DNA of 64,000 nt from contig CAZVUY010000003.1 in the NCBI GenBank assembly GCA_964630525.1, positions 48,699-112,698 on the forward strand, in the 5' to 3' direction. The translations under genes and the position numbers were made by a program. The stretch comes from an uncultured Candidatus Saccharibacteria bacterium (GTDB taxonomy: Bacteria > Patescibacteriota > Minisyncoccia > Phycocordibacterales > WO2-35-19). Below the pieces are notes generated by a model, which saw nothing but the letters and a program-made list of their open reading frames with translations, made no database searches and was not told the origin of the DNA. Of this stretch, positions 27,934 through 37,216 are shown one piece after another. How positions within the stretch are numbered: the stretch's first letter is position 1; every line of letters begins with the position of its first letter.

Positions 27934-28560
27934 ATGGAAACTTTCATATTAAACATTTATCAAAAATTAGGAGATTACTTTACAGGAAGTAAAAGAAGGA
28001 GGTTGTTATATGCACTTGTTGTAATATTCTTTGTATCTATTTTAGTAATTTCGACCTGTTTTAAATTATCTGTTTCAATCGATACTCTTTATTGGGTTTT
28101 TAGTAGTCTCGTTCAGGCACTTTTAGCACTTGTTGCATTAATGGGAGTCGTATCAGTATTTAAATTACAATCACTTAAATCATCTGAGGACCAGTTTTTG
28201 ATGATTGCAAGAGAAAGTACTTATACCTACTACATCGGAGCGCCACCATCAACTATTGAATTATTGTTATCAAAAATAGAACCAGTCATATCTTCTAATA
28301 ATTTAGACAAATCTAACCACCTGCACATTCTCAGAGATAACATTATGGAAGTAAGATCATCTAAGGAATTAGTGGTGAATTATGCTACAAAATATGCAAT
28401 ATTTACCTTTCTAGTTGTTCTGTTATCCCTACTTTTTCTAATGTGCACAACTTATATTTCTAGGTTCTATTTGGGTGTACCCTCCCTGTACCTCATGTTT
28501 GTGTTAACCGCATATTCTTTATTTCTTGCGATGAAGGGATTTTCTGGCTCTATTAGATAA
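27934..28560 (+). CDS. Hypothetical 4-TM membrane protein
   Basis: Four hydrophobic helices. Confidence 0.45.
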   Translation: METFILNIYQKLGDYFTGSKRRRLLYALVVIFFVSILVISTCFKLSVSIDTLYWVFSSLVQALLALVALMGVVSVFKLQSLKSSEDQFLMIARESTYTYYIGAPPSTIELLLSKIEPVISSNNLDKSNHLHILRDNIMEVRSSKELVVNYATKYAIFTFLVVLLSLLFLMCTTYISRFYLGVPSLYLMFVLTAYSLFLAMKGFSGSIR

Positions 28561-28627
28561 TGTCCATAAATAAATGCTGAAAAGTGTCACTTTTGTCACT
28601 TTTTGCTATCCTTAAAGAAACATATAT

Positions 28628-29263
28628 ATGGACCAGATAGTCTACATACTCACGAATGAAGCCATGCCCGGCTATGTAAAGATTGGGATTACTGGTGATT
28701 TACAGACAAGGATTAAGCAACTAAGTAGCACCTCGGTTCCCGTCCCTTTTGAATGTTTTTATGCCAAAAAGGTAAAAGATGCTCGGTTTGTAGAAAATAG
28801 GTTACAAGCCACATTCTCTCAGGACAGAGTCGATTCTGGGGCAGGTAGAGAATTTTTCATGATCCAACCCGAGCAGGCAGCAGCCGCCCTGAGTCTTGCT
28901 GAAGGAGAGGAAATCATATTAGGTGACTCAACCATATCTGAACAGGAGCGAATTGCTATTGAGGAAATCAAAAAACGCCGTCCTGGATTTAACTTTTCAA
29001 TGGTAGGTATAAAACCAGGTGCAATATTAACTTTCTCTTTAGATGAATCAATTACTTGTGTGGTTCATGATTCAAAGAAAGTTGAGTTTAATGGAGAGGT
29101 GACCTCACTATCAGATGCAGCTATGAAAGTTCTAGAATCAAAAGGTCTAAACTGGAAAGCGGTTTCTGGACCTGGTATCTGGATGTATGAAGGAGAGAAT
29201 CTATATGAAAGAAGAATTAGGATGGAGGAAGAAGGGGATGGATCTATTTCTGAGAATAATTAA
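28628..29263 (+). CDS. T5orf172 / MUG113 (GIY-YIG-like) domain protein
   Basis: VYILTNEAMPGYVKIGIT...R.KQL...PVPFE...GREFF motif. Confidence 0.55.
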   Translation: MDQIVYILTNEAMPGYVKIGITGDLQTRIKQLSSTSVPVPFECFYAKKVKDARFVENRLQATFSQDRVDSGAGREFFMIQPEQAAAALSLAEGEEIILGDSTISEQERIAIEEIKKRRPGFNFSMVGIKPGAILTFSLDESITCVVHDSKKVEFNGEVTSLSDAAMKVLESKGLNWKAVSGPGIWMYEGENLYERRIRMEEEGDGSISENN

Positions 29264-29482
29264 CGTGTACGAGACGCGTCATTCGGGAGTGTTAAAATAA
29301 ATCTATTCCGTCAAGCAGGGCTTGACCGACCACGGTTCTAACACGAGGCGGCCAGCAGCCATGTGAGATAGACTGAGACGCCTAAATCAGTCATATTTCT
29401 CAAAGTATTTTTTGAACGAGTCATGGGCTCGAACCGTCTTTGGATGGTGTCCTAAACGGGTCAAGATTGATAAAATATAAAT

Positions 29483-29923
29483 ATGAAAATTATTAGTCTA
29501 AATACTTGGGGTGGGCGTGCAGGAAAGGAAGGGTTACTTTCTTTCTTTAAGGAGCATAAGAATGATACGGATATCTTTTGTCTCCAAGAAATTTGGTCCG
29601 CACCCTATAGTCATTTAGAGGGATACAAAGCTGGCGGTAAGGAGATTAATCATGCGGAAATCATGGTTCAGGGTCTTCAGGAAATCACTGAGCTTTTATC
29701 TGATTTTGTTCCATATTTCCGACCACACCATGGTGATCACTACGGTCTTTTGATGATGGTAAAGAAAGATATCGAGGTGAAAGTTGAGGGAGAAATTTTT
29801 GTACACAAGCACAAGGGATATATTCCTGAAGGTGCCTCGCCCTACAACTTTGAGACCATGACAGCCAGCAGTCATATACTAAGTCAGGTGACTAGGATAC
29901 CTCGGCTTATTTATCCAAAATGA
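29483..29923 (+). CDS. Endonuclease/exonuclease/phosphatase-like protein, short and possibly truncated
   Basis: N-terminal MKIISLNTWGG resembles an EEP start. At 146 aa it is shorter than typical EEP proteins. Confidence 0.4.
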   Translation: MKIISLNTWGGRAGKEGLLSFFKEHKNDTDIFCLQEIWSAPYSHLEGYKAGGKEINHAEIMVQGLQEITELLSDFVPYFRPHHGDHYGLLMMVKKDIEVKVEGEIFVHKHKGYIPEGASPYNFETMTASSHILSQVTRIPRLIYPK

Positions 29924-30882
29924 TACCAGTTCAAAACCCAAAAAATAAAATTATTGTAGCCGCCATTCTTACTTTGCTTATGATCGTAGGTCTTGTAATC
30001 TGGTATTTAAATCAACCAAAACCAGCATCGGACCATATCCAGGAATTAACTATGGAAGAAGTAGAAGCAGGCTATGAAGTCAGTGCTCGCGCTATGGCTT
30101 CGAGCTCTCCTGATTTTGCTCGTCGAATGGCAATAAATGAATTACCTGCTATTGGAGATAGTAATTATAAAAAGGATGATAATTATGTATATTTTGGTAC
30201 TGATATTGTAGTGGGGGCAGATCCAAAAACTTTTGAAATAATAAATGAGGAATTCGCAAAAGATAAAACTCATGTGTATTACGAAGGAGATATGTTGGAA
30301 GATTCTAACTCTCCAACTTTTGTTCCAGGTCCGATTCCAAAGGATAAATATAGCGTGTATCTGCTTTTGATTTGTAAAGATAACCAATGGGATCAGTGTT
30401 ATCAAAAAGTAGCAGGAGCAGATCCAGCAACTTTTGAACCTGTAAAGTATGGATTTTATAAAGATAAATCTCATATCTTCTACAACACAAAGTTGGTTCC
30501 CGAGGCGGATGTAAACACTTTTGCTATTTATGATGGAGGTAAATATGACTATACCTATGGTTATGATAAGAACTATATTTTTGTAATTGGATACGACCGA
30601 GTCGGAGTGATTAAAGAAAAGTGTAGTGACTTAAATCGAATTGGTGGCTACTATTTGAAATGCGACGACAAAGTTTACTATGAAGATAAACTTTTGGTAG
30701 GTGCTGATGTAAATACTATGAGACCCGTGGGAGTTACAAGTAACTATGCGAAAGATTCAAAGACCGTTTACTTCGATGGAGAGGTTGTGGTAGGTGCAGA
30801 TGCGTCAACCTTTGAGATCGGAGATGGAATAAATGCGAAAGATAAAAATTACACATATCGATTTGGGAAGAGGGTGGAATAA
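29920..30882 (+). CDS. DKNYY repeat membrane protein
   Basis: N-terminal TM helix. Repeated YF/YY...GAD..TF units (KTHVYYEGD, KSHIFYN, KVYYEDK, KTVYFDG). Confidence 0.6.
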   Translation: MIPVQNPKNKIIVAAILTLLMIVGLVIWYLNQPKPASDHIQELTMEEVEAGYEVSARAMASSSPDFARRMAINELPAIGDSNYKKDDNYVYFGTDIVVGADPKTFEIINEEFAKDKTHVYYEGDMLEDSNSPTFVPGPIPKDKYSVYLLLICKDNQWDQCYQKVAGADPATFEPVKYGFYKDKSHIFYNTKLVPEADVNTFAIYDGGKYDYTYGYDKNYIFVIGYDRVGVIKEKCSDLNRIGGYYLKCDDKVYYEDKLLVGADVNTMRPVGVTSNYAKDSKTVYFDGEVVVGADASTFEIGDGINAKDKNYTYRFGKRVE

Positions 30883-30883
30883 T

Positions 30884-31393
30884 ATGGAAATAAAAACTGA
30901 ATTTGAATATCAAGGGAAAACATATCCAGTAACCTATAAGGAAGCTGATCCGACTAATGATTTGGAAGGAAAAATATTAAATGGAGTTCATGCATATTGT
31001 TTCTGTGGAGACAAATTCGTTTTAGTCTACAATCAAAAGAAAGATCACTATACTCCTCCGGGTGGCGGTATTGAACCTGGAGAAACTTATGAACAAGCCA
31101 TTATTCGAGAAGTAAAAGAGGAATCCAATATGAAAGTAATCAGCCAAGAATTAATTGGTTACCAAGATGTGGTAGATATCGCGAACGGAGATCGGGTTAT
31201 AAGGCAGGTTAGATCATTTTGTATCGTGGAGCCGTATGGAGATTTTGTTTCTGATCCAGATGGAGATATCACTGCAATTAAATTGATTGATCCCAAAGAT
31301 TACAAACAATATTTCGACTGGGGTAAAATTGGAGACAGAATAATGGAAAGAGCTTTGGAAATATACAATGGAAAATCAACCTCAACAATTTAA
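30884..31393 (+). CDS. NUDIX hydrolase
   Basis: PPGGGIEPGETYEQAIIREVKEESN. ATG at 30884 with a GGGTGGAATAAT RBS. Confidence 0.7.
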   Translation: MEIKTEFEYQGKTYPVTYKEADPTNDLEGKILNGVHAYCFCGDKFVLVYNQKKDHYTPPGGGIEPGETYEQAIIREVKEESNMKVISQELIGYQDVVDIANGDRVIRQVRSFCIVEPYGDFVSDPDGDITAIKLIDPKDYKQYFDWGKIGDRIMERALEIYNGKSTSTI

Positions 31394-31862
31394 TATCGAA
31401 AGTAGCCCAATGGAAGAAGCTTATGAGCTTCTTGAAGCCTCGACTCCTTTAGAGTTATCTCAAAACTATACGAAAGCAGAACAGCCGATATTCATTTCTC
31501 AAGAATGGGACTATGAAAATCCGGAGCAAATACAGAATAAAGTTAAAGATATTTTGGAAGCTGTGAATCCCAGTACCCTAACCGAAGAAGAACAAGATTG
31601 GAGGCAAGAAATACTCTGGTTCTGGTATCACCATGCGATTAGTTGTGCCATTTGGAAAAAAGATAGAGCCAAAGCGATTGAATATTCCAACAAAGCACTC
31701 TCACTTCAAGACGAAAATCATCCGAATAAAATAACAAAAGTATTAAGTCTCTTGGTAAACGATAAAGTGGAGGAAGCAGAAGAATTTGTAAAAACTGTAG
31801 ATACCGACAGAGAAGAAGCTGAGGGATTGATTGAGGATTATAAAGAAGGAAAATTCTTCTAG
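31368..31862 (+). CDS. Hypothetical acidic protein
   Basis: ORF with no recognisable domain. Confidence 0.4.
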   Translation: MENQPQQFNIESSPMEEAYELLEASTPLELSQNYTKAEQPIFISQEWDYENPEQIQNKVKDILEAVNPSTLTEEEQDWRQEILWFWYHHAISCAIWKKDRAKAIEYSNKALSLQDENHPNKITKVLSLLVNDKVEEAEEFVKTVDTDREEAEGLIEDYKEGKFF

Positions 31863-32128
31863 ATTAACTCCACTTTCTTATCTTTCAACACCAGCTTACT
31901 CTTAAGGCAACTTAAAGAAAGGGGTACCTTTCACTCCAATCAAGGTACGGACCCGTTGAATCTGAAAAATATATTTTGTACCACATCATGGTTGGTGGAA
32001 GCCCAGGTGAAGCCCCATTTTTTGATTTCCCAGAACCAGATTCAATCTATATTTGGTTGAAGAGCCAAATGAATCCCACCGAGTAATGATCGTGAAAGGT
32101 AGGATTTGTGCTATGTTATTATTGACTT

Positions 32129-33289
32129 ATGAAAAGAGTTTTTGCTTTTTTGGGTTTGGTACTAGTTTTGCCGTGGGTCGCTTTTGCCCAGGGTGAAATT
32201 GTGCAAGATAAATACGAGACAGTGCTTGCCAAGGTGGTTGAAATAATTGAGCAGGAGACAAAAAATATTCCCGGTACTGATACTCCCACTCTCCACCAAA
32301 AAATCAAAGTAGAATTGCTTGAAGGTTGGCAAAAAGGCGAGATAGTCCAAATAGACAACGACTATCTAAACCTCAAAAAGGGAGAAAAATTTTATGTTCT
32401 CCATACGATAGGTTGGGATAGTCAGAAGGATTATTATTCTGTCCAGGAAAAATATCGTCTACCAAATCTATTTATTCTCACGATTATATTTATCGGGATC
32501 GCTCTTTATTTCGGAAGAGGCCAGGGTTTTCGGGGGTTGATTAGTCTTGCGGGGAGTATTGTTTTGATAATTTTTGTCTTGTTGCCCGGCATTTTACACG
32601 GATTTTCTCCAATCTTTATGACTATTGCGGTCTCCTCTGTAATTATTATCCTTGGGTCTTATATTACACATGGGTTTAATAGGGTCACTTCGGCGGCTGT
32701 TGTGGGGATGATCGCTACTGTCGTCATCACAGGGGCGTTTGCCTACTTTGCTGTCCACTTTACCTCCCTTACTGGCTATGAATCTGAAGAAGCGACATAC
32801 CTCACTCTCAATTCAAGAGGAACGATCGATATTCTAGGTCTCTTGTTTGGTGGGATCATGATCGGTCTTTTGGGGGTGCTCTATGATGCTGCCATTTCAC
32901 AGGCGATCTCTGTTGAGGAGCTTTGGAAAATCGCTCCGCATGTTTCTGCCAGAAAAATTTATGAAAGAGCGATAAGGATTGGTCGAGAACACATCGGAGC
33001 GCTCGTCGATACTCTTGCTATCGCTTATGTCGGCGCCTCGCTCCCACTTCTTCTTTTGTTTTTCCAGACTTCGGCTGAAAGCCCTCTCATTACTCTAAAT
33101 CGTGAAATATTTTCTACCGAGATAGTACGCATCCTTATTGGTTCGATTGGCCTTATCCTTGCTGTGCCGATCACAACATTTGTGGCGGTACGGATGTTGC
33201 AAAATAAAAAAAGCTCCAAAATTAGTGAAAGTGAGCTTCAAAAAGAAGAGCACAAATTGCTCGCGGTCGAACAAGGGCATAGCCATTAA
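32129..33289 (+). CDS. YibE/F-family membrane protein
   Basis: Signal/TM start, a periplasmic domain, then a polytopic membrane domain. Confidence 0.55.
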   Translation: MKRVFAFLGLVLVLPWVAFAQGEIVQDKYETVLAKVVEIIEQETKNIPGTDTPTLHQKIKVELLEGWQKGEIVQIDNDYLNLKKGEKFYVLHTIGWDSQKDYYSVQEKYRLPNLFILTIIFIGIALYFGRGQGFRGLISLAGSIVLIIFVLLPGILHGFSPIFMTIAVSSVIIILGSYITHGFNRVTSAAVVGMIATVVITGAFAYFAVHFTSLTGYESEEATYLTLNSRGTIDILGLLFGGIMIGLLGVLYDAAISQAISVEELWKIAPHVSARKIYERAIRIGREHIGALVDTLAIAYVGASLPLLLLFFQTSAESPLITLNREIFSTEIVRILIGSIGLILAVPITTFVAVRMLQNKKSSKISESELQKEEHKLLAVEQGHSH

Positions 33290-33310
33290 AAACAAATCCT
33301 TATTTAATTT

Positions 33311-33589
33311 ATGTTTAAAGAATTGATCGAGTATTGCCGAGATAATCCTAAAGGCTATTGGTTTAAGCGCAAGGTGTATGGTTGGGGGTGGACTCCGGTC
33401 AAGTGGCAAGGGTGGCTGGTGGTGTTGGTGGCGGTAGCCTTCATCTTTGCTGGTGCTTACGTGGGAGAAACTGACGATGCGCCTGGGGCGACGTTACTTG
33501 GAATCTTGATCGCCACCGCGCTCATATTTGGTTTTGGTTATTGGAAAGGGGAGAAGCCACGTTGGCAATGGGGCCTGCCTAAAAAATAA
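33311..33589 (+). CDS. Small membrane protein
   Basis: ORF with two TM helices. Confidence 0.35.
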   Translation: MFKELIEYCRDNPKGYWFKRKVYGWGWTPVKWQGWLVVLVAVAFIFAGAYVGETDDAPGATLLGILIATALIFGFGYWKGEKPRWQWGLPKK

Positions 33590-33591
33590 AT

Positions 33592-33849
33592 ATGAACCCC
33601 ATTTCAAAAAAGACTTCCTTAATAATACTCGCTATCACCGCTCTGCTACTTTCTAGATTAATGTTTGTCTTTTTCGATGATCCAGAAGGGCCAAACTTGC
33701 TTATTGTTACTGTCGGAGCAGCAGTCGTTTATTTCTTGTCTCTCACTACCTACCGACTCAATCCTCCTATTGCTGGTCTTAAAAAACTACTCCTCGCTAT
33801 TTTTGTTCAAATTCTTATCGTCACCTGTGCTGGTCTGCTTTTGCATTAG
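33592..33849 (+). CDS. Small membrane protein
   Basis: ORF with three hydrophobic segments. Confidence 0.35.
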   Translation: MNPISKKTSLIILAITALLLSRLMFVFFDDPEGPNLLIVTVGAAVVYFLSLTTYRLNPPIAGLKKLLLAIFVQILIVTCAGLLLH

Positions 33850-33854
33850 TTCTG

Positions 33855-34388
33855 ATGGTTTTTCAGGCGGGTCTTGAATTTTATGTAAAAATAGCTATTC
33901 TTCATTTAGAAAGGAAGAGGATAATGCAAGCTGTAGATATTGTAATCTCCGGGATAGGTAGTATGAGCTTCGACTGGAATTCTAACGGATTCGGAGTCTC
34001 GTGCAATCTTTGTGGTTCAGAAAATGCAACCAACCGGCTATCTGGCGACATGCCACTAGGCATCCCTGGTTATTACTGCGATTCCTGCCACAAGACCGTG
34101 TGCCGGAGAGCCAGTGAATACTACCTAGAACAATTCAAGAAAAGTACCAAAAATCTCAGGTGGACGGTACTGTTCCGCGATAGCGGTACATGGTCAACCG
34201 AAGAGAGGAATTGTTTAATCTCTCTCAGTGGAGGAGTGTGGGATCATGTCGAGCATCCTGGTTATCTGATACTTGAGGGGCACTACTCCAGAAGAGCTGT
34301 CTCAAAGGCGCTTTTGGGGGGTCCTAAGTTTACTATTACCAAGGTTGTTGGCACAGAAGGGGGCCAGCTCCCATTCCTGCCAATCTAA
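33855..34388 (+). CDS. Hypothetical Cys-rich protein
   Basis: CNLC...CDSC motifs. Confidence 0.35.
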   Translation: MVFQAGLEFYVKIAILHLERKRIMQAVDIVISGIGSMSFDWNSNGFGVSCNLCGSENATNRLSGDMPLGIPGYYCDSCHKTVCRRASEYYLEQFKKSTKNLRWTVLFRDSGTWSTEERNCLISLSGGVWDHVEHPGYLILEGHYSRRAVSKALLGGPKFTITKVVGTEGGQLPFLPI

Positions 34389-34504
34389 CTCGTTTGCAAA
34401 ACCCAACTTGTTTGAAAAGGTACGACTTAATCGTCGTACCTTTGTGTTTTTAGGAGAGAATTGTTAATTCTAAAATTTAGAAAATTTGGTATAATGTTGA
34501 ACAT

Positions 34505-34786
34505 ATGAAAAATACAATTATTGCGATTGTGGCGATCGTCCTTCTGGTAGGTGGTTATGTGGTTTATTCTCGCAATCAAGGAGAGACATCGGTGCCAACA
34601 CCAAACCAAAATGGCAATGCCAAGATAAATATCGATGATGTTTGTGAAGGCGCGCTAGCTTACATGACTTTTGAAAACGGCGAGCAAGCGGAAATCTTTG
34701 TACAGGAGTGTAAAGAGGGTAAACACCCGCAAGTGATCGAACAGTACAAGGCTAGCTTGAATTTGGACGCGGGAGTAGAGATATAA
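34505..34786 (+). CDS. Small secreted or anchored protein
   Basis: N-terminal TM/signal segment. Confidence 0.4.
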   Translation: MKNTIIAIVAIVLLVGGYVVYSRNQGETSVPTPNQNGNAKINIDDVCEGALAYMTFENGEQAEIFVQECKEGKHPQVIEQYKASLNLDAGVEI

Positions 34787-34879
34787 GCCGGCCCATCATC
34801 ATTCCACAGCTGTCTAGACAGCTGATTTGGCTATGCTACAATTGACGCAAACGGATTATTATCAATTAATATATAAAAT

Positions 34880-35134
34880 ATGCCAAAAGCAAATTCCGCA
34901 TTTATGAAGCCTTGGAATCTTAGTCCGGAAATGGAAGTTATCGTGGGTAAGGGTCCGATGCCTCGATCTGAGGTAGTTTCTAAGATGTGGGTTTATATAA
35001 AAAAGAATGGTTTGCAAGACTCGGTCAATAAGAGGAACATTAATGCTGATGAAAACTTGAAGAAGGTTTTTGACGGCAAGTCTATGGTGACTATGTTTGA
35101 AATGGCCAAATATATTTCAAAGCATCTCTCTTAG
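34880..35134 (+). CDS. SWIB/MDM2 domain protein
   Basis: LSPEMEVIVG ... VSKMWVYIKKNGLQD ... MFEMAKYISKHL. Confidence 0.7.
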   Translation: MPKANSAFMKPWNLSPEMEVIVGKGPMPRSEVVSKMWVYIKKNGLQDSVNKRNINADENLKKVFDGKSMVTMFEMAKYISKHLS

Positions 35135-35237
35135 TCAGAAATCATTATGTAAAACAAAATCCATCCGGCTTTTGCTTGGGTGGGTTTTGTTTTGGAGATA
35201 TTTCCTTTGAACGCCAAAACTGGTAGGATAGACGATC

Positions 35238-36113
35238 ATGAAGAGTGAATACAAAGTTATCCTTTTTTATAAATTCGTCCGTCTTAAAAATCCGGAAAAG
35301 ATATTAAGGGAGCAGAAGAAGCTCTGCTCAAGCCTCAATTTGAAGGGGCGGATGCTTTTGGCCAAAGAGGGGATCAACGCTACTTTTGAAGGTAAGGTAC
35401 GAGATATCGGTCGGTACAAAAAAGCCCTAAACGAAAGCCGATTGTTTAAAAATATTGTTTTCAAAGAAAGCGAGAGTGACGGTCGAGCCTTCACTAAGCT
35501 GAAAATAAAAGTGCGCAATGAGGTGGTGACACTGGGAGATTTTGATTTTAACGTAAAAAAGGAAACCGCGAAGACCCTCACGGCTCGCGAACTCGAGCAG
35601 ATGTATAAAAAAGATGAAGATTTTGTGGTCCTTGATCTACGCAATGATTATGAAATCCAGGTTGGTCGTTTTGAAAAGACGGTTAATGACGATATTGGCT
35701 TTGCGACCCAAAATTTCCGAGAGTTGCCAGATCAGCTCAGACGACTCAAACCACTAAAAGAAAAGAAGGTGGTGGCGGTTTGTACAGGTGGTATTCGTTG
35801 TGAAAAGGCCACTTGTCTTCTCAGGCGAGAAGGGTTTAAAAATATTTTCCAGCTTCAGGACGGTATCCATACCTATATGCAAAAGTATCCCGGTAAAAAT
35901 TTCAAAGGTTCTCTTTTTGTTTTTGATAATCGGATGACGACTCCGGTCAAAGATAGTGCGGATCGAGAAATAATCGGTCACTGCCTCTATTGTCAGAAAA
36001 AATGTGAACAATTTTTTAGCGATGACACTTTCAGTCCTTCACGTAAGGTGATTTGCTGCTCGGCTTGCGCCAAAAAACACGGCACTCATCTGCGCCACTG
36101 CTTGCCAGCCTAA
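35238..36113 (+). CDS. trhO: Rhodanese-domain protein, UPF0176/TrhO (YceA) family
   Basis: N-terminal LFYKF fold, a rhodanese Cys loop CTGGIRCEKA, and a C-terminal Cys cluster. Confidence 0.7.
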   Translation: MKSEYKVILFYKFVRLKNPEKILREQKKLCSSLNLKGRMLLAKEGINATFEGKVRDIGRYKKALNESRLFKNIVFKESESDGRAFTKLKIKVRNEVVTLGDFDFNVKKETAKTLTARELEQMYKKDEDFVVLDLRNDYEIQVGRFEKTVNDDIGFATQNFRELPDQLRRLKPLKEKKVVAVCTGGIRCEKATCLLRREGFKNIFQLQDGIHTYMQKYPGKNFKGSLFVFDNRMTTPVKDSADREIIGHCLYCQKKCEQFFSDDTFSPSRKVICCSACAKKHGTHLRHCLPA

Positions 36114-36139
36114 TTTTCAACGTTATCCCCAGCTTTTAT

Positions 36140-36168
36140 TTGCTAGGTGAACTATGGTTCACTATAAT
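36140..36168 (+). promoter_or_regulatory. Sigma-70-like promoter with an embedded GAAC-N4-GTTC LexA (Cheo-type) box
   Basis: TTGCTA -35, 17 nt spacer, TATAAT -10. The perfect palindrome GTGAACTATGGTTCAC lies in the spacer, upstream of a small ORF and lexA. Confidence 0.5.
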
Positions 36169-36227
36169 GTTTTTATATTAGATTATTTAGAAATTAAGTC
36201 GCACTCCAAAGGACGGTATCGTGCGAC

Positions 36228-36449
36228 ATGATTTCACTAAATCAAATGAGCAAATATCAAATCGCAAAAGCTGTCCAACGAGAATTAGAAATCTTGAATC
36301 GAAGGATTGACCAAAAGATTCTTCGAGGCATGTCTTATGTTACCGAAGCGAGACGCCACAAAATGCTCCTTGCTCAACTCAATCGTCTGCATCGCCACAA
36401 TTCAGTCGGTCTTTTGAGCAGGATCGCTTCGGTGTTCTCATTTTCTTAA
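36228..36449 (+). CDS. Small hypothetical protein (73 aa) upstream of lexA
   Basis: ORF between the SOS-box promoter and lexA. Confidence 0.35.
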   Translation: MISLNQMSKYQIAKAVQRELEILNRRIDQKILRGMSYVTEARRHKMLLAQLNRLHRHNSVGLLSRIASVFSFS

Positions 36450-36461
36450 GTTCTCCCAATA

Positions 36462-37028
36462 ATGTTCGAATCACATAAAAACAAAATATTAAATTTTTAC
36501 AAAAAGCATCGACGGATGCCGGGTTATAACGAGATGCTCTCATTGCTTGGATTTAAATCTAAAAATGCAGTCTATAAATTGATTCAGAAAATGGTAGATG
36601 ATGGTACGGTGAGCAAAGACGCTAAGGGCAGGATCATTCCAACCAAACTGATAGGGGAGCTACCGTTTTTGGGTTTGGTAGAAGCTGGTATACCCACCAT
36701 GGCCGAAGCCCTAACCTCAGACACCTTGAGCCTCGATGATTATTTGATCCGTAGTAAAGAAGGTACCTATATTTTAGAAGTAAAAGGTGACTCCATGATC
36801 GAAGAGGGTATCAAAGAGGGTGATCTGGTGATCGTCGAGAGGCACGGCGAACCAAAAGAAGGAGACATTGTCATCGCCGAAGTCGATGGTGGCTGGACAA
36901 TGAAATTTTTTAGAAAGAATGGAAAACAAATTTATCTTGAACCAGCCAACAAAAAATACAAACCCATTTATCCCGAGTATGATTTGAAGATCGCCGCCAT
37001 CGTCAAAGGGGTAATCCGCAAATACTGA
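36462..37028 (+). CDS. lexA: LexA repressor (S24 peptidase)
   Basis: N-terminal wHTH. C-terminal S24 domain with GDSM and the KEGDIVIAEVDGGWTMKFF pattern. Confidence 0.8.
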   Translation: MFESHKNKILNFYKKHRRMPGYNEMLSLLGFKSKNAVYKLIQKMVDDGTVSKDAKGRIIPTKLIGELPFLGLVEAGIPTMAEALTSDTLSLDDYLIRSKEGTYILEVKGDSMIEEGIKEGDLVIVERHGEPKEGDIVIAEVDGGWTMKFFRKNGKQIYLEPANKKYKPIYPEYDLKIAAIVKGVIRKY

Positions 37029-37216
37029 TTTGTCTTTTAGGTAAAATAATGCATAATAGAAAGTGCCCCAAGCAGGGGTTTTATTATGGATCCTGTAGTA
37101 GAAAATGGCATAGAAAGCTTTTCTCTCAGGCTAAGCGTATTTTGGAATTATTAGAATGAACTAAAATAATGGCGCAAATGCTTTCCAAATAAGCAATGCC
37201 ATTTTTCACTAACAGG

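Larger units (their letters stand above)
15977..29290. mobile_element. Putative integrated element (satellite- or prophage-remnant-like) at the tRNA-Gln 3' end
   Basis: Begins right after the tRNA. Carries a large serine recombinase, an S24 repressor, a TerS-like HTH protein, a ParB-MTase fusion, a restriction-modification module and a T5orf172 gene. GYGTWCGAGACGCGTCA occurs near both proposed ends (15991-16002 and 29270-29281). Confidence 0.4.

Noticed and set aside
29421-29445. GGGCTCGAACC (reverse complement GGTTCGAGCCC), a possible tRNA T-arm fragment near the island's right end
   Set aside because: The flanking sequence does not form a T-stem or an acceptor stem. It is on the opposite strand to tRNA-Gln, so it is not a duplicated att-tRNA fragment. 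Probably chance.
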